This document shows, piece by piece, positions 24,040 to 33,156 of a stretch of 33,156 nt of DNA. Where the stretch lies: NCBI RefSeq assembly GCF_001194135.2, contig NC_068981.1, positions 46,125,764-46,158,919 of the forward strand. Reading direction: 5' to 3'. The notes under the pieces were generated by a model. It did not search any database. It saw only the letters and a list, made by a program, of their open reading frames with translations, and was not told the origin of the DNA. A program made the translations under genes and the position numbers. Each line of letters begins with the position of its first letter. The first letter of the stretch is position 1. Source of the stretch: Octopus bimaculoides (Eukaryota).

Positions 24040-24875
24040 AGGTAAATGACCGGTTCAAAGACATAGAAACACTTAAAGGTATAACGAAAGAGAAGAAAGA
24101 TCGTTTAAAAGAAATAAGTGACGATATTATATTTTATTAACCCTGAGAGGTAGAAACACAGAATTTTATAGGTTGGAATTCAAGTCAAATATATATTACC
24201 CTCAAAGGTATGGCATAGAATTTATTTCATGCTGCATCATTGCGTAGAGTACACTTATGTTAAAGTACGGAGGTAGCTTTGTGTTAAAATTAAAGTGTTG
24301 GTTAAGAAATGATTGAATTTGACAAATGCTATAAAGAATTCTGTTTTGTTCGCTGAATGATAGCACAGGAAAAGGCCCCCTGTAAAGTGCGTTGAATAAC
24401 AACAAATAATAGAAATTTACAAAAGGTGTTTGGAACACTAAGACGATTGAAATGCAGAAGGAAAATCAAGGGGAAAACAATTATGTAAAAATAGACTTGC
24501 ACAAAAAATTTATGAAACAGAATGAGGGTTTCATGGCATTGAACTCTGGTTCTGGATGACAAGCTGAAACTTGAAAACGCAAAGCGGAATCTTTGATTAC
24601 ATGCATTCAGGTAGTTGCCATTACAAGGAAATTAATAAAAGCATACTGATAAAAGTCAAGCATATATTTGACGCAGGAACTGCGAAAAGGAGACGAAATT
24701 ATTCAAAATCATTTAAGTGCGTACAGAAAATTTGCACACGAAACAATATAAGAGTTTTCCTGAATGTTTCAGTGAAATAAAGTCGTTACGTTAGTCGTAT
24801 TCGACGATTCACAACAGACCAGATGTGATAGTAGGAGACATAAAGAAAACAAAAACGTATTTAAATATTCATTCT
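24040..24875 (+). mobile_element. Decayed R4/Dong-type RLE non-LTR retrotransposon, 3' fragment
   Basis: Fragments in the expected order: KIDLHKKFMKQ (cf. K.LHG.F), DKLKLEN (cf. G.LK.ETE), CIQVVAITRK (cf. AIQDQ...TR), GDEIIQNHLSAYRKFA (cf. ET+.H++S.C..LA) and HNRPDVIVGDIKKTKTYLNI at 24810 onward (RLE PD motif). Confidence 0.6.
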
Positions 24876-25671
24876 CAGAAAAGAAATACACTCTTTCTGT
24901 TTTTCTTTCTGTTTTTCTTTTTCTTTCTGTGTGTTCACCTTTTTCTTTTTTCTTTGTCTCTCAGAATATATTTATACATACATATATATATANNNNNNNN
25001 NNNNNNNNNNNNNNNNNNNNNNNNNNNNNNNNNNNNNNNNNNNNNNNNNNNNNNNNNNNNNNNNNNNNNNNNNNNNNNNNNNNNNNNNNNNNNNNNNNNN
25101 NNNNNNNNNNNNNNNNNNNNNNNNNNNNNNNNNNNNNNNNNNNNNNNNNNNNNNNNNNNNNNNNNNNNNNNNNNNNNNNNNNNNNNNNNNNNNNNNNNNN
25201 NNNNNNNNNNNNNNNNNNNNNNNNNNNNNNNNNNNNNNNNNNNNNNNNNNNNNNNNNNNNNNNNNNNNNNNNNNNNNNNNNNNNNNNNNNNNNNNNNNNN
25301 NNNNNNNNNNNNNNNNNNNNNNNNNNNNNNNNNNNNNNNNNNNNNNNNNNNNNNNNNNNNNNNNNNNNNNNNNNNNNNNNNNNNNNNNNNNNNNNNNNNN
25401 NNNNNNNNNNNNNNNNNNNNNNNNNNNNNNNNNNNNNNNNNNNNNNNNNNNNNNNNNNNNNNNNNNNNNNNNNNNNNNNNNNNNNNNNNNNNNNNNNNNN
25501 NNNNNNNNNNNNNNNNNNNNNNNNNNNNNNNNNNNNNNNNNNNNNNNNNNNNNNNNNNNNNNNNNNNNNNNNNNNNNNNNNNNNNNNNNNNNNNNNNNNN
25601 NNNNNNNNNNNNNNNNNNNNNNNNNNNNNNNNNNNNNNNNNNNNNNNNNNNNNNNNNNNNNNNNNNNNNNN

Positions 25672-25706
<35 letters not shown>

Positions 25707-25799
25707 AACATACATGCATACATACATGCATATATGCATACATGTTTCACGTAACTAGGGATTAAAACATATCCTACAATGGCACCTGTAACAAAATAC

Positions 25800-26960
25800 A
25801 TACAACTTAACAATAATATGGTCGAATAAAGAAAGCCTGGACCTCGGAACTCACTGCATTCAATAAAACGGTGGCTCACAATATTGTTGCTTTGCCAGTA
25901 CTCATACCAAAATTTGGGCTGCTTGATTGGTTGCTTGATAAGAATCCAGCCGTTGATGTGACAACCCGGATGATAATAAACAGTACCCATTATTGCCATA
26001 ATAACGGTAACATAGACCGCTACAACCTAAAATGAAAGCAAGGCGGCAGAGGCTTAACATCGATCCAAACTGACTGTGAATATCGGATCATATCCCTTCG
26101 GCAACATCTTGTAACCAGCAAGTGTCGAAGTGCATGCCTGGACCAAATTTGCATATATGAGGCTGATAACATCATAAGACTTGCAAGGCAGCCACTTGAA
26201 CAGCACTCATTGTCTGATAATCTTAAATTCATGCCCAAAGAAGTCACACAGCTGTGTCGCAACATATCATTATATGCAATGATGAGCGTGTTCTAGCAGA
26301 CTACCAAGCATGAATTTGTTATTAGAAAACTCAGAGCTTACAATAACACTGATCCACAAAATAGTCTATCATGGACGAACAACCTGAAACGGCTTCCTAC
26401 TTTCAAGGGCATGCGTTTCAAACCAGGAACAGGGAAGATGTAACAAATACCTTACGCACAAAAATGACTGAGATGCAAGAAAAGCAATAAAATGTGACGA
26501 CTTTGTGGAGATAACACCAAAGATACCACACACAACATGAGCAAATGGACGAATATTTCATCACGATATCTACTAATAAGTCATAATGTTGAAACAATGA
26601 CATTATATAACGAAATCTTTCGGAAGGATAACCCCGAGAATAAAGAAATAAGAACCTACAATATGGTAGAAACTATCGCCACTCATATTAATAAAGGAGT
26701 ACTGGTGAAAACCTCAAAATATGTAAGCACAGTAGACTTTATATAGTGAACTGGGATTACATGTCTGGAAATTAGCAGCCCAGCGGATATTAACATAAAT
26801 TGAAGATCAGTGAAAAAGAGAATACCTACGATGATTATATAACACACAAGCTTGCAAACGATGCAACGTAGAGCTACTGAAGTGTCTTGGGGGTAGATTA
26901 CGAATAATGACTACAAACTATACTTGTTTTACATGAAAGAAACAACCACTTTGATGGTGC
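25800..26960 (+). mobile_element. Decayed R4/Dong-type RLE non-LTR retrotransposon, 3' fragment (RT thumb, CCHC knuckle, RLE)
   Basis: Translation gives RIKKAWTSELTAFNKTVAHNIVALPVLIPKFGLLDW...IDRYNLK*KQGGRGLTSI, *RLCGDNTKDTTHNMSKWTNISSRYLLISHN (degenerate CRLC..H..S.C knuckle) and CLEISSPADINI / KISEKENTY. Confidence 0.85.
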
Positions 26961-27507
26961 AAGGAAATTAAAGGAATATATTGAGACTTCCCCTCCGCGA
27001 GTTTATTTCTTTCAACAATGCGAAAGGAATTACATTTCGGAGAGATAAGCTAAGAAATGCCCCTTCATTCTGTCTTTCCACATATCGTGCGCATAAACTA
27101 ACAGTGAATGTTGCATGAAGTTAAAATGATATGGAGATTTCTGAAAGATACCTATAGCTTTCGCTAGTGGAAGCAAAACTCTTATTTAAAGTTTGATTCT
27201 TTGGGACGAAGAAACATATGTGATGGCTTAAAAAGTAAAAGACTAGAACGACAATGCTAAAACGTATTTGAAAAAATGCACAACAGTCGAAATATCATAA
27301 TGTATGGGTAAATAATCATCCTTTAAATGAAACAACGCATTGGTAGGTAAATAAAGGTATCGACGAATAGAAGAGAGGAAAGGGAAATCGCCTATCAAGT
27401 AAGTCAAAATAGGTAACGGTAAGCTTCCTAAAGTTTAATGCAGTTAAAATCTGGAGACTAACATTATTGCTATTGGATATTCATCTCGAACATTGTTCCT
27501 AGACAAT

Positions 27508-27840
27508 TTAATCACTCCGGCAGGTGGACAGTCGAAATAAATAGACACAATTATTTCACTTATAAAAGTATGAAAGACCCTACATACAGAAAAACTATGA
27601 CCATTTAGGTCCATTTACGCGGAATCTCCGGGCAAAAATGTTTAGTGCATGGCCATTCTTGGGGCATAAATAAAGTGTATGTAAAGTTTAGTGAAAATCG
27701 GTTCAGAATTGAGTAAATGTATTCGTTCAGAGTACCTACTCATCTTAATCACTGTTGCTGGTGGACAGTAGTAATAAATAGACAAAACCCTTTAAGAATT
27801 ATAAAAAAAATATTTAAAACGTATGGAAGACCTTACATAT
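27508..27840. repeat. Imperfect direct repeat, ~237-bp period
   Basis: TTAATCACT..GGTGGACAGT..AATAAATAGACA...GTATG(A/G)AAGACC(C/T)TACATA occurs starting at both 27508 and 27745. Confidence 0.75.
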
Positions 27841-28189
27841 AATAAAACAGCTGATTAATGCAAATGAAGAAGAATAATCTATTGCTTGTTTCCCATTGCG
27901 CTAGAGGCCCAACTATCGATTATAGAGTATGCTCTATATCGAAATAGACTATGCTCGGGTCTGGAATATGAAGCAATTGTGTCTAAAACTTTAAAGGAAT
28001 CAGATGAGAGATGTGTAAGTTATTGAGGTACATTAATTTTTTTGTACACGCATAAAAAAAACTTAAATTTTATAGATATTAGTTACATAAACGCAAATAT
28101 GTAGGTATGCACATACTTGTACGTATATATGCATATACTCATTTATTATTTGTCTTACATGATCGAACGCACGTGTCATCCCTGAAAGT

Positions 28190-28805
28190 AAGTTTTGAAC
28201 TTTATATTTTCTGACGCGACTCTATCTATCTCTATCTTTTTCCCTCTCTCGTTCTTCCTTCCGTTACTACTATATCTCTCTCTTTCCTCCTCTCGTTCTT
28301 CCTTCTGTTACTACAATATCTCTCTTGTCCTCTGTTTCTCTCGTTGCTCACCCATTTTCTATCTCCTCCCCTTTTTTCTCCGTTTACCACTCTTTCTCCT
28401 TATCCCTCGCTGGTCACATGTGTCCAGCTACTAATTCTTATCTTCCTTGGCTATTGCCAAGCAAACATACGAACATACTTCGTCCCGCTTCCTTGCAGTT
28501 CGTTGCTTCACAGCGTTCAATATACACATATTTGTTCACGTCTGGCCGTATAGCCTTTTCCGTTTGCTTTCCTGTCTTGTTTTCTGTCCGCCACTACATT
28601 CCTCCATGGTACAAATTTAATTTGTAGTCCGTGGGAAGAGCCATTTTAACGATGCGTCCTGCCCTAACTCTTCGAAACGCCTGTGTTAGAATGGTGGCAG
28701 CTGGTGAAGGAGAATGTTCTCTATTTGGCCTGTGTGTTTTCTGTACTTTGGTTATTATTATTATTTTTTGTCTACGTTTTGTTTGCAACGTCCTGTACCC
28801 AGATA
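28190..28805. mobile_element. Repeat with the same architecture as 4045-4559 (CT-rich, hammerhead-like box, GTACCCA end); probable PLE terminal-repeat remnant
   Basis: CTGGTGAAGGAGAATGTTCTCTAT (28701) parallels CCGATGAAGTGGCGTTCTTTAT (4436). Both repeats end in TTTG-rich sequence followed by GTACCCA (28795-28801; 4553-4559). Confidence 0.4.
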
Positions 28806-28864
28806 TGCACCTATATATACAGGTAGATGTAGGTTATATGCATGTAGTCATTTATTATTTGTTG

Positions 28865-28900
<36 letters not shown>

Positions 28901-29153
28901 TTGACAATGCATTCCGGCGTTGTCCGGGTATTATGACCAACAGGCACAATGGATTATTTTCTCTTTTCTAATGAACAGAATCGACACAGGTATATAGTTA
29001 ATGGCATAATGGAAGTTATTGTTTGTTTAGAAGTGATGTGAGAGTGTACAATTTGCATGGGCTTGCATAAAAATGCTTTCTGTTCATAAGAATGATCACA
29101 TATTATGTATTGTTTCTTCGCATAAATGGGGGTTAATAAGATTTTGCCCAGAA

Positions 29154-29201
<48 letters not shown>

Positions 29202-29212
29202 GTCTCTCTAAA

Positions 29213-29249
<37 letters not shown>

Positions 29250-29440
29250 NNNNNNNNNNNNNNNNNNNNNNNNNNNNNNNNNNNNNNNNNNNNNNNNNNN
29301 NNNNNNNNNNNNNNNNNNNNNNNNNNNNNNNNNNNNNNNNNNNNNNNNNNNNNNNNNNNNNNNNNNNNNNNNNNNNNNNNNNNNNNNNNNNNNNNNNNNN
29401 NNNNNNNNNNNNNNNNNNNNNNNNNNNNNNNNNNNNNNNN

Positions 29441-29648
29441 GTGTTAATTTGCTTCAGCTTTATATTACATTAATCTTAATCTTATTTCGGCCAGATAAAT
29501 ACAAAATGGCTGATATTTAGCAAGGTGAGACACACATAAGAAGGAAGGAAACAAAGGACTACTGATGAGGTCACAGAAGTGTGACGAAAGAACTCTGGCC
29601 GAAATAAGATTAAGATTAATGTAATATAAAGCTGAAGCAAATTAACAC
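29441..29648. repeat. Perfect 55-bp inverted repeat with a 98-bp spacer
   Basis: 29441-29495 is the exact reverse complement of 29594-29648. The left arm abuts the gap at 29250-29440. Confidence 0.97.
29556..29600 (+). ncRNA. Minimal type I hammerhead ribozyme motif
   Basis: Reads GGACTA-CTGATGA-G-GTCACA-(GAAG)-TGTGAC-GAAA-G-AA-CTC-TGGCC. The core is intact, stem II is a perfect 6 bp with a tetraloop, the triplet is CUC, stem I is GG(A)CTA/TGGCC, and stem III (AGAACT) is one change from the palindrome AGTACT. Confidence 0.8.
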
Positions 29649-29807
29649 CAAATATACAGTGCGTGTGTTTTTATTGGCTAAACTGGCAATATGACCATCC
29701 CCAAGTACAACAATATATATATATATATATATATATGTGTGTATATACATAAACACACACATATGTACATACATTTTTACCCACACACATACATAAATAA
29801 ATATATA

Positions 29808-30490
29808 CACAAGGCGGTATCAAAAGGTTTTCGGACTAATTATGTTTGATAAAAAATAAATTATTACCGTGTTTAACGTCATCACCTTCGAAATAGACAC
29901 CTGGAGCAACACTATATCGGTCCCAGCGTTCTTGCCACTTTCGTAAGCGAGTAGAGGACCTCCAGCTATTCGCTCTTGATCTCATCAACTGTGTTAAAAC
30001 GGTGCCCTTTGAGCTGCATCTTCCACTTCGTGAAGGATTGGAAGTTCGTAGATGGTAAATCAGATGAATGGGGCTGTTGTGGCAACAATATGTTGTTGCT
30101 TTGCGTGAAACTCAAGAGGTAGGAGAGTTCGATGACAGGATTCATTGTCGTTGGGGAGAATCCAATATTCGCGTTTTACCGATTCGGTCGCTTTCGCTGA
30201 ATGTTCTCCCTCAAACGATTCAAAACCTCATATTGGAACTCTCAGTTAATGGTGGTTTGAATTCCCTATGGACAATACTGCATCTCACGAAAACAAATTG
30301 ACGATGCTCTTAATAAAGCTGTAGCTTTGTTGTGCATACGTGTCCTTCGGAACAATGCGTATGACCCATTGTATCGTCGTTGTAATCTTGCCGAAGCCTA
30401 CTCAATGTCTCTGCAACAGACTTCATAATTTTAACGCTAAATTCATTATGGCTATTTGTTCATGACAAACTTCCTGTCCTTGGCATATAT
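29808..30490 (-). mobile_element. Internally deleted mariner (DD34D-type) transposon remnant
   Basis: One TIR-like end is present (CACAAGGCGGTATCAAAAGGTTTTCGGACT). Minus-strand translation gives KSVAETLSRLRQDYNDDTMGHTHCSE (N-terminus), which jumps to YEVLNRLRENIQRK, then YWILPNDNESCHR, KMQLKGHRFNTVDEI and KWQERWDRY...YFEGD. No matching second TIR was seen. Confidence 0.85.
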
Positions 30491-31232
30491 CGTAGACTAC
30501 AGCATACATATGATCATAATAATATCAATTTCTACAAGCTATGAAGTATAAACACTAATGTCATTCAGCACACCTCACGAAGATTACTCTTACCTATCAT
30601 ATTTCACACGCAACTACATGTGGCGTGTTGGCATTTGTTGGCGTGCTACAGAACTAGTCCAGGAACGTTTAGATACCATCCCGTATATATATACACGCGA
30701 ACCCACGCACACAAACACACACGCAAAAACACAAACACACAAACACACAGACATACATATATTATTTAAAACATTTTGATTCGACTCCATGCATCATAAA
30801 GTTTCACGGGTTTCTCAGAGTAAAGCTTTTCATTTAAGCTTATATTACCAAATTATTGCTTCAATCCTGAGAGGAGCCATGTTTCTAATAGAAACCCGCA
30901 AAAGATGAAGTCGTATGAGGCCGAATCAAAGTGGCTTCGACAATAAAACGTAACTCTTACTAAATGTGCTAAATGACGTTTGCTTTTGTTTGTCCGCTCT
31001 CTCGTGTAAAATGAGATTCAATCATATAAAAGTATTCCCAATGTGTTGTATGATTAAAATCACTTAACGTGTTCCAGTAGGACTACAGTTGACAGTCGTA
31101 CGATTTAACAAAAGAAGGAATATATGTGGGGATGTATGTGTGTGTAAGTGTGACGTGAGCGCATGCGTATATATGTGTATATATGTATATATATGTATAC
31201 ATCCATAAATATATATACATATATATACATAC

Positions 31233-31292
<60 letters not shown>

Positions 31293-32975
31293 CTTTATCA
31301 TGATGAATTGTTGAAAACCGCTTGTCGGATGACTTTTCTTGTAGTATGCATAATTTTCTTTCGCCTTCAACTTTATAATTGACGTACGTTCAAGGCTGTG
31401 AATTGTAGCGTAATTTTTCATGATTATTCATTTCCTCTGTTTCTTTATTTCTTTATATAATGATTAAGCTGATCTTAAATATGCACTTCTTACACTTATC
31501 TGAAAATTATAGATGTGTCATGAGTTATTTATAGGCATTAATCTCAATCACTTGTCTGACAGTTAAAATGTGTGAGATTATTATCAGCAGTTATTTTCAG
31601 TTTCACATTTTCTCTCCACTGACTAAATAAAACAAAAACCAATATCTCAAAGTGTTACAGATTAAGATGGTAATATAAATAATTTAATCAATACTATTCA
31701 GCTTGTCACTAAATACATAGGAACCTTTCTAGGAAGATGGTACTTTATTATATGTATAAAAAGTAAATACTTTCTTTTTTTTCTTTTTGGAAATATTGAC
31801 AACCTGGTTTACAGGAGCGCATTAGGGAATTATACTTTGTAAATAATTATAATTTTAACCTTGATTTTGAGTGTCTGAGGATCAGTTTTTAGGTGGTTCT
31901 CTATTTTTGAGTGTGAGTGATGTATGCAATACTTGGATTTTAGACACTTGTATTATGTTTGCGTGGATAGTAAACATCATGTGGACTAGCATAAACTCTC
32001 AAGAAATCAGATACATATGTGTCGACACTGGAATAGTTGGTTGATGTCATTAAAGAATATAAAAAAATATAGATTGTGGACACATTTTTATCTTATTGAA
32101 AATTCTCATTGAATGAATTTCTTTAGCCGTCACATCTATGAGGCAGTGACTGTCCACTACTGGCTGTCATATCTCTATGTCTAATTCCTAACCGTTTTTG
32201 CACTCTATGCACTAGCTTTCATTGCTTGGGTGGATAATTTAAACAAAGCACTAAAGTCTGAATATTTTGTCTATAATACAGTAGAAAATGGTTGATGTTA
32301 ATGTGGTTGCAATGAAGAAGTTATTGAATCTATTACAAGTGTTTCTAAATCTAAAGTAGAAAATATTGATGCCTTTCTCATTCCAGTTACTTAGATGTAA
32401 TTGTTTCTTAGCACGTATCGTTAATTGTTTAGATTAATATCGATCGATTCCTAAATAGAGCGTTTAGGAAATGAAACAATAAAACTAAACAAATCATATA
32501 TATATAAACAAAAATACATCGAAATAAAGTAAATAATTATAGTGTTATGAAAACACTTCTCTTCAACTTAATTTCCGGATAAATAGTCAGAAATTGCCTT
32601 CGTCCTTGGAATATCTAGCTCATCAAAATAACGATGGCCAATTACGTTTTTTAGTTCTTAGTCTTTAATTACATATCTTCCCATAAAATACAACGAATAC
32701 AATCTAAACAAGTTGAAAATTCTAGTACTTTAACTATCATCCTACATTATTAATCAGATCCAACTATCAGTACAACAGTAGCGTGCACGCGCAAAGGGCT
32801 TATATGGAAATGCTGGCAATCAGACTATATACGATGGACATAAAATTTATTTTAATTAGTAAAATCTATTATACGAATGTGGAGAAAAGCCAGTTATTTA
32901 AAATAAGTGAATGTAAGTATGTCTCTGTGTTTGCAAGTATGTGTGCGTGTGTGAATGCCTCTGTGTGCACGTGTG

Positions 32976-32994
32976 TATAGATAGATAGATAGAT

Positions 32995-33063
<69 letters not shown>

Positions 33064-33068
33064 GATAG
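32976..33068 (+). repeat. (ATAG)n microsatellite
   Basis: Direct reading. Confidence 0.97.
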
Positions 33069-33156
33069 AAAGATACATTTCTTTTATTAGCCACACAGGG
33101 CTCAACGAAGATGGGACAAATACAATGTAGAGCTTTTCTTTTTGGGAGGGGGAAGG

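Larger units (their letters stand above)
1593..29440. other. Seven assembly gaps: 1593-2211, 4800-5531, 6585-6598, 17025-17306, 23313-23609, 24993-25671, 29250-29440
   Basis: N runs, mostly bordered by microsatellites. Confidence 0.98.

Noticed and set aside
27508-27840. Repeat-spacer-repeat pattern considered as CRISPR-like
   Set aside because: There are only two long diverged units, the context is eukaryotic, and there are no cas genes.
92-33105. Long ORFs in the six-frame track (poly-F/S/L/R/N, YIYI, CVCV, HTHT, X-rich)
   Set aside because: These are translations of microsatellites and N gaps, not genes.

Overview
This is AT-rich, microsatellite-dense eukaryotic genomic DNA with seven N gaps. 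The SINE families look like octopod (Octopus-type) repeats; that is inferred from remembered consensus sequences, not from a search. I found no intact host gene, CRISPR array, rRNA or true tRNA, and the long ORFs in the track are microsatellite or N artefacts. The window is a graveyard of decayed mobile elements: at least four tRNA-derived SINE families, a full-length decayed rosa/DD41D-type Tc1/mariner element that appears to sit inside the YIG motif of a Penelope-like element (PLE), an internally deleted mariner, two R4/Dong-type restriction-like-endonuclease (RLE) retrotransposon 3' fragments, an RTE LINE fragment and weaker RT remnants. The most notable signals are RNA-structural. One is a minimal type I hammerhead ribozyme in the tail of a tRNA-headed SINE (minus strand, 2524-2569). 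The other is a second hammerhead (29556-29600) whose predicted cleavage site almost coincides with the start of a perfect 55-bp inverted repeat. Two further related repeats carry degenerate hammerhead-like cores.
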